This document shows positions 26,101 to 36,903 of a DNA stretch of 64,000 bases, piece by piece (the stretch's first letter is position 1; every line of letters starts with the position of its first letter). Origin of the DNA: Harriotta raleighana (taxonomy: Eukaryota); contig JBNZDD010013729.1 in NCBI GenBank assembly GCA_050575255.1, positions 8,974,028-9,038,027 of the forward strand. The letters are read 5' to 3'. The position numbers and the translations under genes were made by a program. The notes under the pieces were generated by a model that was not told the origin of the DNA, made no database searches, and saw only the letters and a program-made list of their open reading frames with translations.

Positions 26101-27047
26101 GAAATTTAACCCATGTCTACATATGATGTCACCAAGGTGGAGCATATAGAGATTGAAGAGGAGGGGTCCCTGAGGAACTCCACACAAGACTGCAGGAGCT
26201 GAAAGTGAAACCATTGGCAGAGACAAAGTGGAGACAGTGTGAGATAGGACCAAACTTTGAACGTTGAGATGAGATTAGAGGCTGTGGAGGAGGATTGAAT
26301 GGTCCATGGTGTCAAAGGCATAGTTGTCGAGGAAGATGAGGTAGAAGGAGCCCTGGTCACAGATGGACGAGATGTTATTTATGACCTTAACCAGAACAGT
26401 TTTCTTGGGGAGATTTTCTTCCAAGGACAGTACAGGATGGTGGCGGTAAGAAGACGGATTGAGAAGTTAAAGGAGATGAAGTGATGGTCAGAGATGGCCT
26501 TGTCGCTGTTGGTGATATTCAAGATACAGAGGCCCTGAGTGATCAATAGGTAGAGTGTGTGGCCATGAACGTGGGTGGGGGAGTGGATGTGGAGGAAGAG
26601 GTTAAGAGAGGAGAAGTCGGAGGGGATAGAGCAGGAGGGGGTGAAGTGGATAACCTCAAAGAGCTGTTCTAGCTTTGTGCCATAAGTGTCTCATGTAGTA
26701 GGTGTAATGGAATACTTTGTTAGTACTGTTTGGGTGGTACTATGCTAGGCCATATACGGAATTCAATGGTGAGTGAGATATCTTGTGAAATGTTGTTATA
26801 CTCCTTTAATAGAATTGTTGCATTATTTCAGGTGTTTGCGAATCTGATTAAAGTGGGCCGCTTGAAACCCAATCGAACTGATGTTCAACCATACTGGATC
26901 AATGGACGTGTCCATCTAGCTGAAGTCTCCCATGGACTCCGGAACCATTATTACTGGACACCAATAAGCGGAGAGGATGAGGATCCAGCTGCTAATGCTG
27001 GCCGTGCACTGCTCAAGGCGGCGCCCGCTGCCTTGTTTCCTGGGTAG
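13867..27047 (+). CDS. LRRC34: Leucine-rich repeat-containing protein 34; 11 coding exons, 1305 nt, 434 aa
   Basis: Exons 13867-13896, 16197-16318, 17975-18099, 18499-18563, 20222-20305, 20813-20941, 21651-21746, 22583-22737, 23761-23916, 24552-24678, 26832-27047 join in frame; [26 protein letters not shown] and [18 protein letters not shown] match human LRRC34 as recalled. Confidence 0.95.
14135..15470 (+). mobile_element. L2 LINE reverse-transcriptase fragment in LRRC34 intron 1
   Basis: [64 protein letters not shown], with frameshifts. Confidence 0.92.
15612..15830. repeat. 21-bp minisatellite, ~10 copies
   Basis: Unit gtgtctgcgggctagtgccca with one 14-bp truncated unit. Confidence 0.9.
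16197..16318 (+). CDS. LRRC34: LRRC34 exon 2
   Basis: ttttag|AAAGAAACC...CCACA|gtgagt; [23 protein letters not shown]. Confidence 0.88.
16494..16843 (+). mobile_element. tRNA-derived SINE
   Basis: A box (agtggttagagc), B box (ggttcaatt), conserved body, tail atcaaatgcaaagattat. Confidence 0.85.
17975..18099 (+). CDS. LRRC34: LRRC34 exon 3
   Basis: ttccag|GAAAGCC...ATCACAG|gtcagt; [19 protein letters not shown]. Confidence 0.92.
18499..18563 (+). CDS. LRRC34: LRRC34 exon 4
   Basis: tttcag|GTCTAGAC...CTGTTG|gtaagc; [20 protein letters not shown]. Confidence 0.93.
19217..19533 (+). mobile_element. tRNA-derived SINE (same family)
   Basis: ggagttctgtagcttagtg...aaggattattattat; an inverted partial copy lies at ~18940-19190. 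Confidence 0.85.
20222..20305 (+). CDS. LRRC34: LRRC34 exon 5
   Basis: 84-nt LRR exon, [28 protein letters not shown]|gtaagt. Confidence 0.93.
20813..20941 (+). CDS. LRRC34: LRRC34 exon 6
   Basis: atacag|GAGAATCAT...GATTTG|gtaagc. Confidence 0.94.
21144..21160 (+). promoter_or_regulatory. Candidate CTCF site in LRRC34 intron 6
   Basis: gtcacaagggggcactg is close to the CCASYAGRKGGCRS core. Confidence 0.4.
21651..21746 (+). CDS. LRRC34: LRRC34 exon 7
   Basis: ttgtag|GAAATAGAA...ACACAG|gtaaac; [13 protein letters not shown]. Confidence 0.94.
22583..22737 (+). CDS. LRRC34: LRRC34 exon 8
   Basis: ctttag|GAAAGG...CGCTG|gtaagg; SLRYLDLRC. Confidence 0.94.
23761..23916 (+). CDS. LRRC34: LRRC34 exon 9
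   Basis: taacag|TAACATG...AAAGC|gtaagt; [15 protein letters not shown]. Confidence 0.94.
24552..24678 (+). CDS. LRRC34: LRRC34 exon 10
   Basis: tttcag|GTTGGCT...TGTAAA|gtaaga; [16 protein letters not shown]. Confidence 0.94.
24830..25240 (-). mobile_element. CR1 LINE 3' end
   Basis: [22 protein letters not shown]; terminal ctatgat repeat. Confidence 0.9.
25320..26660 (-). mobile_element. L2 LINE fragment (contains N-joined artefactual duplications)
   Basis: [24 protein letters not shown]; [14 protein letters not shown]; KLQIIQNS. Confidence 0.88.
26832..27047 (+). CDS. LRRC34: LRRC34 last coding exon
   Basis: tttcag|GTGTTTGCG...GGGTAG. Confidence 0.94.
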   Translation: MFANLIKVGRLKPNRTDVQPYWINGRVHLAEVSHGLRNHYYWTPISGEDEDPAANAGRALLKAAPAALFPG

Positions 27048-27254
27048 CAGATGTAGAACTTCAGGATGGATTAGTCAGGAGCTAATCAGATAAATAATTA
27101 TTCCACAATTATTTATTTTAGTGCAATTTTTAAAAAAAATCTTTAGTGCATGTTAAAGTTTCATGTAGATTAAAGTTGTTTATTTTCTTGTTAGTTATAA
27201 AATTAAAAGCTAATATGTTTGTCCTAATGGAAGATCAATATATTTATCACCAAA

Positions 27255-27260
27255 AATAAA
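27255..27260 (+). terminator. Candidate LRRC34 polyadenylation signal
   Basis: AATAAA ~210 nt after the stop; ATTAAA variants lie just upstream. Confidence 0.45.
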
Positions 27261-29379
27261 CTGGGTGATTAAATTGCCTTCCGAGACAAAGTTCAGCCAA
27301 ATGCTATAAAAACTTCCTTGTTTTCCATCATTCTCACTTTCACTAGCTCGACTATCCCCATGCTTCAGACCAAAGGCTTGTATGATACTGACCTGGAGTA
27401 GCCTTAAAAGAATCCTTTCTGAAAGAAAAAAAATCCCAAAGTATGGGATAGATAAATATTCTGTAATTTTACTTAATTGTTCTTTGCTAATAGCCTGTAT
27501 TAGGCTTGGGGAGGGCGGGTGGGGTAATTGAATATGCTGGATATTAGGATTGCAAGTTGCTGCATTTGGAATTTTTCCCTTGGGTGGAATGAATAACTAA
27601 ATGTAAATTGGTGTAATAGACTTGGCAGGGCCAAGGAAGGGATTGAGTTTTATTCTGTGAAAGATTTTCCACTATAATAAAAATAACACGTATTGTATAG
27701 TGCCCTATCACGTTATTGACAACAACAACAGCTTGCATTTATACAGTGCCATTGAAGTTGGGAGGAACCGGTCAGTGAAGGGTTTGCCCCCGAATCAGGC
27801 GGAGTGGAGAGAAAGGGGGGTGAAGGTGGGAGCATGACCAAAGGCACGGGGAAAGAGTGAGGTTTTGTGGCTGGCCTTAAAGCAAGTAAGATAGTTGGCT
27901 CCAGGGTGGAGTTCCAGAGGGTGGGAACAGAAAGGCTGAAGGTGATCGCTGATGGTGGAGTGGGCTGCATGAGACATGGAGCAGGTCAGTGCCTGCTGAG
28001 CAGAGGAAGCAGACAGGTTGGTAACGTTTTAGTAGGTTGCAGAGGTAGAGAAGGAGGGGCTTTAAAAGTCAAGGAGAGAAGATGAGCTGCAAATTCTGAA
28101 CAATCAGCAGTTTGTGGAGGGTTGCAAATATTACATCCCTGTTCAGAAAAGTGGAGAGGGATAAATCCAAGAACTACGGGCCAGTCAGCCTAACGTGGGG
28201 AAACTCGCAGAGACTAATCTGGGACTAAATTAATTTTCGCTTAGAAAAATATCGGCTAATAAAGGACAGCCAACACAGATTTGTTAAAGACAAATCAAAT
28301 TTGATTGCATTAGATGAATTAACAGAGATGAAGATAGTGCAATTGTCTATTTCTGGGCACCACAGTTTGAAGGATGGCAGGACCCGAGCTGGGGTATGGA
28401 TTGGGGAGGTGGAGGGCAAGGGGATAGGAGGTTGATCAAAAGCATGGTTGAAGAAGAGGGCCTTGACGTTGATCTTGGAGGCGCAGGATGGGGTGAGGGG
28501 AAGTGGCTGAAGGCCCACCCGCCAATGGAGGGGCAGACAAGGCGGGGGATATGAAGTAGACCGGAGCCAGCTGATCAGAGAGAAGACAGAGCAGGTCATG
28601 GCACGGATGTGGACATCGGGAGAAACTACCTTTTCATTTCAAATGGTGCCACGGGATCTTTAACATCCACCTGAACAGGTTTGTGGGGCCTCAATTCACT
28701 CGCTTCCTTGGGCAATGAGACCTGGCACCAATAAGGCTTGTTAATGAAGCCAGCTAACTCATCGAAAACACCGACAGAGAAAACTTGAAGCAAAGTGGGA
28801 GAGATGGCTCCTTGAAGGACTAAAGTACTCTTTCATTCTGGAATTAGCTCCTTCAGGACAGGACACACGTTGCTGCTCTGTATGAAGCTGTAGATAGTGA
28901 AAGTCTTGCCCCATCCCCCCCNATGGCTCCTTGAAGGACTAAAGTACTCTTTCATTCTGGAATTAGCTCCTTCAGGACAGGACACACGTTGCTGCTCTGT
29001 ATGAAGCTGTAGATAGTGAAAGTCTTGCCCCCCCCCCTCCCCTNCTCCTTGAAGGACTAAAGTACTCTTTCATTCTGGAATTAGCTCCTTCAGGACAGGA
29101 CACACGTTGCTGCTCTGTATGAAGCTGTAGATAGTGAAAGTCTTGCCCCATCCCCCCCCCACTCGACCTCCCCTCCTCCCCAATGTGAAGGTAGCTTTCA
29201 TTGCGTTTGATATGTAAATGTTGATATATCAGAATTCATTCGTAATCCTTGCAATTTATTTCCCAAAAATTCAAAATATCTCTTTAATTCTCTCTGTGAC
29301 TCTGCCTTTGGACATCTTTAAATGATCCTGTGTGTGTGTGTGTGAGAGTGAGTGAGTGTGAGAGTGAGAGTGTGTGATT

Positions 29380-29829
29380 TTATCCGCGGGGTTAAGCGCT
29401 TGGAGGCGTTCATCCCGACATAAATCACAGCCGCTCACATCAAGTTGGAACCGCAGACATTAAAATCTCAGGGCGCGATCTTTGTGTGTGTGAGAATGAT
29501 TTCAGGAACGAAGAGAGAGAAAAAAAAAGTTTCGGTCTGCAATTCAGCATCAGCATTATCTTGGTAAACACAAGGGTTGAGCGGACATTTCGTGGGAGGT
29601 TTGGCAGCAGCTGAAAAACCACCACAAACTGGGCGAACGTGTCAGCCAATCCTCTTGTGTGAACATTTCCCCCTTCACTCGCCGTCACGGGCCCCGCGGG
29701 TTTCAATAACGTCAAGCTTTTGTGTGACTTCAGACCCCAGTTCAATCCTGACTGCGTTGAGCTGCAACTCAGCCGTTTTCACTGCGTTTTTTCACTCAAC
29801 CCCCCACCCTTTAAATGGCGTGATTTAAG
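29380..29829 (+). promoter_or_regulatory. Probable LRRIQ4 promoter and non-coding first exon
   Basis: Non-repetitive CpG-enriched patch with a CCAAT box (~29645) and GTAAACA forkhead motif (~29563); donor TAAG|gtacgt at 29830; acceptor cctcag at 31581 just before the LRRIQ4 ATG. Confidence 0.5.
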
Positions 29830-29914
29830 GTACGTCTTCCACAACCAGTGCGGGGATTGCAGTGAGTTTGATTGTGTTCCTGGGGTCTCTATGGTGATTG
29901 CTGCACAGGATCAC

Positions 29915-30725
29915 AGAATATTACAATACACTGGATTTGTGCAGCGCCTTTCAAGTCTGAAGGATGTCCCCCAGGATACTGAACAGTCAGGGGTGTGGAG
30001 GGGGGTTTGAGATCGGGGAACGTGGTCGAACGCGTGATCGAAGAGTAGGATTTTGAGCCAGGCATTGAAGGAGGCGAGGTGGGGAGCAAGGCGAAGGGGA
30101 TGTGGGATGGACTTCTAAAGGGTGGGGGGCACAGAGGCCGAACCACCGCTGACGGTGGGCCAGGAGGCGAACATAATGCAGACCGGAGCCCGCTGAACGG
30201 AGGGAGCAGGTCACAGAGGGAGGGGAGAGACAAGGCCGTGGAGGCGAGGACAAGGATTTTCAACTGTAACCAATGCAGGATTGGGAAGTCAGTGGAGGGG
30301 CAAGGGTGGGGGTGATGGAGTCAGAGCCTAGGGCAGGAGAGGCCATGAGCTGAAAAGTTCTGGGTGATCTGCAGCAGGAGTTGGGAAAACAAGGAGTTGG
30401 AATAGTCAAGCCTAGATGTGATGAATGCATGAATGAGGGTTTTGGTGGCCTGGGGTGTGACATCCTATGGCACCAGGTCAGTTGATGGTTTGTATTCGAG
30501 ATGGGAGTTACAATCAAAACGGTTGGAGGGTAAGTGAGGTGGGAAGGTGGCCAGAAGCAGGGCAAAGAGGAAAGTCTTGAGCTGGGCTTTGAAGGAGGTA
30601 AGGGAAGGGGCAAAGCAGAGAGATTCCAGGATGGCATTCTGGAGGGTGGGGACAGAAAAGCTGAAGACCCAATCACCAATGTTGGACCGGGCAGAGCAGG
30701 AGACATGAAGCAGGCTAAGTAGAGC
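29915..30725 (-). mobile_element. Tandem L2 3' fragments
   Basis: L2 tail and body similar to the other copies. Confidence 0.7.
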
Positions 30726-31604
30726 CATGGTGGTCCCTCACACCTTCCACCTCTCCATTACGCTGTTTCAGCTATTACACCCCAAAACTCTGGAACACTC
30801 TCTCTCCATCCTGTCGCCTTGCCCCCTATCTCCCCCTTTTCAAGACGCACCTGAAACCCTTCCTCTTCGATCATGCTTACAGCCACCTCCCCACACACCC
30901 CCCTCTCCCGCACTTGGAGTCAGGCTCCGCCACTGAGGTGCAACCCTGCATGGTGTTCTGTGAGACCTGTGTTCAAATCCAAGCAGACCTTGGGTAAATT
31001 TCCTTACTTCCCATGCCTAATAATAATCCGTCAAAAAAACCCACAATAATAAAAATATGTCATTTCAATCCATGACTGTTTGTGGGAAACTGCTGTGTCC
31101 AATTGGCTGCCACGTTTCACCCACAAATATACAGTCGATTCACTTTACAGTATATTCTGTGAAGCACTTTGAGATGTTGATAAGATGTCAATAAAAGCGC
31201 TGTATCAACTGCAAGGATTACTATTATTATTATATATCTGCCGATTTTGGAGGAAAGATTTGGGAAGTCCAGTGAGCAGGGATTTAGCATAGTCGAGCCA
31301 GGACAAGTTGAATGTGTCTATATTCAAACTCCACCTCAAAACCTCCCTCCCTGCATGTAAAGTCTTCACCCCCCAGTGTGAAGTGCTCAGAGCCATTATC
31401 CTATGCAAAGGACATTGCAAATATACGTTGTCCCCCTTCCACCCACCATACTGCATTGAGTTCAAAGTCCAGGTGTTGGATACGAACACATAACTCTTTG
31501 ACTCAGAGGAGAAAGTCCTGGTTGTGGATTCAGGCTGGTCCATGCTGATTTTTTTTTAATGTTATCAGATTTTTACCTCAGATTTCCAGTCACAAGAAGA
31601 TAAG

Positions 31605-32681
31605 ATGTACCGCATTCCTTCAAAGACAACGAATGTCAAGTTCTCAGAGTCACCGGTCTCACCCAAGGCTCCCAACTATCAGAGAACACAGATCAAAGGA
31701 AATGCCCCCAATTCCTGGAACCCCATGACAGAGCGAGTCTTTTTTGTAGATTTGGCAAAGACAGGGCTGCAGAAAATCCCATGTGAAGTGTTGCAGCTTC
31801 AAGATCTGGAGGAGTTGCACATGGAGAAAAATGAGCTTCTGGAAATTCCTTCTGAAATAAGATATCTAAAGAACCTGAGGATTCTGTATTTAAACAATAA
31901 CAAAATAAACATCATCAGCGAAGAATTTGGGGAATTATCTAAGCTGCAGAGCTTGGATCTCAGTGAGAATCCTTTGGCTGAGAGTTTCCCCACACAGACT
32001 GTATGTCGCCTGCAGAATCTGCGGAAACTGCGACTGTATGATATGAATTTGACAGAATTACCAGCTGAGATCTGTAAAATGCTTCTTCACCTAGAGCTGC
32101 TGGGATTGTCTGAAAATAAGATTGCTGATTTGCCCTGGGAGATAATCAACCTTAGAAATCTAAAAGAAATTTACCTCCAGAGAAACAAGTTTTGTGTGCT
32201 GCCTGTGCACCTATGCCAGCTGTGTAGTTTGGAGATCTTGGATATGGAAGAAAATGAACTGGAGTATTTGCCAGATGAGATCAGATCTCTGCAAAAACTG
32301 AAACATTTATATCTGGGGTACAATAGCCTCAAAGAAACTCCCAAGGCGCTCCAGGACTGCATTAGCCTTCGTGTATTGGACCTAAATGCGAACCAACTAT
32401 ATGAAAATAAAGTTAACTCTCTCCCAAAAGGACTAGCTGAACTATCGGTCTCTAACAACCCGCTGTACATAATACCTCCATCAATCCTTGCTGATGCCAG
32501 TGCTCTGCAGCTTCTCTATCTCAAAAACACACAGTTAAAGAAACTGCCCATTGAAATCTGCCATCTGAAAGGTCTCCGAATCTTAGATCTCAGTCAGAAT
32601 CGCTTGCGACACTTTCCAAAACACTTCTGCTGCTTGGACAAGTTAGAACTCCTCTCACTCGATGATAGTAAAATGAAAGAG
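31605..32681 (+). CDS. LRRIQ4: LRRIQ4 large LRR exon
   Basis: 359 open codons of 23-aa LRRs; ends AAAGAG|gtacac. Confidence 0.93.
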
Positions 32682-35600
32682 GTACACTATGACAGCCGAA
32701 AATTTAACAATGATAATAGTGATTAAATACATGAAGAGGCAATTTGTTATATTTAATACCTAAAAATAGATATAAATCATTTTACTGTATCTTTTTTCCA
32801 GATCCCTCCAGAAATAAAGAAACTAACAAATTTGAAAACCCTGGGACTGACTGGCAACAGATTCCGGGACTTTCCACAGGAGATTTGTTCTCTGGTGTCC
32901 CTAGAGAAGTTGCACCTCGGGCAACACCATGGCATGAAATTTATAGATATACCTGTCGCCATTACGAGGCTTGTGGTAAGAAGCTAATGTCTAGTCAGTC
33001 TTTACTGCCAAAAGTAACTGCTGTGTTTGTTGACAAAAAATAGTAATTTATACTTGACATTGATTGCTTGTGAAGTGCTTTGAGCTTTTGACTACTAGTT
33101 ATACACTTAGGTAGTAAAAACAGAAATTTTCTAGAAGGGGAGAGACTAGATAGAGTTAGTGTTCAGAGGGATTTGGGTGTCCTTGTACACCAGTTGCAAA
33201 AAGTTATTATGCAGTATAGCAAGCAACTAGGAAGGCTAATGGCATGTTGGCATTCATTGCAAAATGGTTAGAATACAAGAGTAGGGAAGTCTTGCTGCAA
33301 CTGGAAAGGACCCTGGTGAGACCCAGAATATTGTGTGCAGTTTTGGTCTCCTTATTTAAGAAAGGATGTGCTCACCTTAGGGTGCAGCGAGGATTAATTA
33401 GGTTGGTTCCTGGGATGAGGGGGTTGACCTATGAGGATAGTTTGAGTAAACTAGGCCTACATTCTCAAGAACAGTGGTTCCCAATTTTTTTTGCTGTGAC
33501 CCAAATTAGCCTCCAACAGGTCCTCCCACCCCTAAGGGTCGATTGTAACTGAAGCTCAGCCAAAACATTATCTCCCTCTCTTTTGTGGACTCAGGGCAAC
33601 CTGTATGCTCTTTCACACAAATTGGTCAGCAGTGCCGCTTCGGGCATTTTTTTTAGCGTTAGAAAAGCATTTTCAACGTTAAAAAAAGCAACAACAAAAA
33701 ATTCTGATGATCCTTCGCGACTCTACTGAGCACACCCGCGACCCTGATTTAGGTCGGAACCCGAAGATGGGAACCACTGCTCTAGAATATAGTAGAATTA
33801 GAGATGATCTTGTAGAAACCTATAAGATTCTTAAGGGGCATTACAGAGTAAACAGTAGGAGACTGTTTCCCCTGGTAGGAGAATCTATAACTAGGGGCCA
33901 CAGTTTTAAGAGTAAGGGTCAGCTTTTTCGAACAGAGTTGAGGAAACACTTCTTCAATCAGAGGGAAGTGAATTTATGGAATTCTCTACCCCCAAAAGGT
34001 TGTAAAGGGGATAAGGCAGGCAAATTGAGTTAAATTACAAGATCAGCCATGCATGATCTTATTGAATGTCGGGACAGGCTTGAGGGGCCGAATGGCCTAT
34101 TCCTGCTTCTTATTCTTATGCTCTTGACGTACTGTATTAAAGTGCAAACAAACTTTCTTATTCCTGTTCTTATAATTGAATACACTGACAGTGTATTCAG
34201 TGGAGATGTAAAAAACATCAGACAGTGAAATCATGATTCCCAACTCTCAACACCATAACTCTCACCAGGCAGTGAGTTTGCAAGTAAACAACACCTGCTA
34301 GAAATTGCCTTTCAGAAAGCAGGGCACTGATCTAATGTTGCATTAGGCCTGAGATATGCTCCCCATGAATTGGTTATTGCAAAAGTTAACTGTATTGTAC
34401 ATAATATTGCTATTCATAGAATCATAGAATTTTACAACACAAAAGGAGGCCTTTCAGCCCATTGTGTCTGTGCCGGCTCTTTGAAAAGAGCGCACAAAGT
34501 CAATCCCAAGTTTTATACAGGTTAATCAACTTCCTGACTTTTGTACTCTATGCGCCTATATAAATAGCCTAGTATTCCGTATGCTTTATCCTTATCTACC
34601 TGTCCTGCCACCTTCAAAAATGTACTTACATGAACCCCGAGGTCTTCACCCCCCCTTTAAGATTGTACTATCAGCCTATATTCCTCTCCTCATTGCCTTC
34701 CTCCCAAAATGCATCACCTCGCATTTCTCCACATTAAACTTCATCTGCCATATGTCTGCCCATTTTACCATTCTGCCTGTCCTCTTGCAGTCTGTTATTA
34801 TCCTCCTCACTATTTACTACTTTTCCTAACTTTGTATCATCTGCCAACTTGGAAATTGTATTCCCTATAGCCAAGTCCAGATCATTTATATACTTTATAC
34901 TGTATATATTAAATATAAATGTTGTTTAAAACCTTTATGTTTTGTCAGAACCTGAAGGAGTTGTATCTTGAAAACAATTTGATTGTGGTTTTGCCGGCAA
35001 CGTTGGGTCTCTTACAGAATCTTACGATATTGGATGTACATGAAAACCGCATTGTGGAGATCCCACAATCAGTATGTGACATACAAGGTGCACAGTTGAT
35101 ACATTCAATATTCTCCACTTTTCAGATATTCCTTATAAACACTCAAACAAATTGGAAAATATAACAAGCCTCACTTTAAATAATAGTATTTAAACCTATT
35201 AAATTGAATGCACTTGTTTTCAGCAGTTGAAAATTTATTATTTAGCTTCTCCTGGACTGTTGTACAAATGTCATACAATTCAATGGATTGACTAGTCTAT
35301 GATAAACCATTTTGTGGCATGCTCTAAACTATTGACCTTATTAACCTTAGATATAACTGCCTTAAATTTCCAAGGGATTATTATTGTTAAATCCTGTGGA
35401 GTCCAGTAGCTCAGTAGTTAAAACACTCGCCTTACAAGTGAGAAGCCTGGGTTCAATTCCAGGCTGGGTGAAACCTTTGGAAAGTTTCTTCATACAGTGG
35501 GCTCTGGCCTGCTCCATGTTCCCCCCCTCAAATTGTCCTATTATCGGTGGCCCGGCTTTCAGCCTCTCTGCCCCCACTCTCTGGAACTCCATCCCGCAAT

Positions 35601-36862
35601 CGCTTCACCTCGCTTCCTCCCTTTCCTCCCTTAAGGCCGGTCTCAAGACCTTCCTCTTTGACCGTGCCTTCTGCTCCCCTCCAAACTCTCCACCCTTTCC
35701 TACCATTCTTCCCCCTATCCCACCTGACCCCCCCACACACCCATTCGGGTCCCGACCTAACTGTTCGGGTCCCGCCTTGGGACGTCCTCCCAACGTGAAA
35801 GGCGCTCTATGAATGTAATTTTGTTGTTGTTTACTCACACAAAATAATAATCATTCAAAAATATGACAATAATAAATTGGTCATTTCAATCTATGACTGA
35901 TTGTGGGACACTACTGCGTGTAATTGGCTGCCATGTTTCGCCCACTATTTGCAGTCAATTTACTTTATAGTATATTCTATGAAGTGTCAATAATGTCCAA
36001 TTTGGAGTGACCTGGGGCTTACTACTTTCTTTATAAATTGTAGAAAGGACCAAGTGCAAGTTGATTGTTAACAAAACAACAACGATTACATTTGTGTAGC
36101 GCCTTTCACATCAAGAGAACGTCCCAAAGGGTTCTGACCCAAGTTGGTTGCGATCAGGAGGGGTGAGAAGGTGGGGAAGGGAGGGATAGGAGGATGATCA
36201 AAGACATGGTCAAAGAGGTGGGTCTTGAAGGACTTTCTGTGGTAAGGGGTCATAAAGAAAAGGAAAGGAGTAATTTCTTAGTTGAAAAGCTGATATGAGT
36301 GTGCAATTTGAGGTGTGATCCCACAGGTTTGAAACAATTGATGCTTGATTGCAATCGCTTAACTCGACTTCCGGAGAATTTGGATCAATTGCAGAAGTTG
36401 GAGGTCCTTTCCCTGATGAGAAACCCCCTGAAGGAACCTCCAGAAAATGTCTATGAAGAGGGAATTCCTGCTGTTTTCCAGTACTTACAGAAAAAGAGAC
36501 ATCAGAGGCTGATGGCAATCAAGGTTTGTACTACTGGTTATTTTATGGTGGTTTACTTTGATGATTTTTTCACTTTTAGAATCAAGCGGATGTTGAGTGC
36601 AGAATGATACTCTTCACGATTTCTATGACCACATATTTTTTGAGGTCTTTATGGACATTGAGATAGTTCTTCTTTGCAGAGGTCCTGGGGAGGCTTCTGT
36701 GTTAAATCCTCACCAATGAATGCAAGTCTCTGCAACTAGGTGTAACCTGACTATAACGACAACAACAAAATTACATTAATAAAGCGCCTTTCACATCGGA
36801 AGGATGTCCCCAGATGCTGAACAGTCAGATGTCAGGACCCAAGCAAGGGGAAGAGTCACAGT

Positions 36863-36903
<41 letters not shown>

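Noticed and set aside
28803-29160. Three identical ~120-bp copies resembling an array
   Set aside because: Separated by Ns at 28922 and 29044 and each ends at a poly-C run; artefact, not a CRISPR-like array or satellite
36863-36902. 40-nt poly-G (poly-Gly ORF, G-quadruplex)
   Set aside because: Inside an L2 tail; homopolymer length is unreliable
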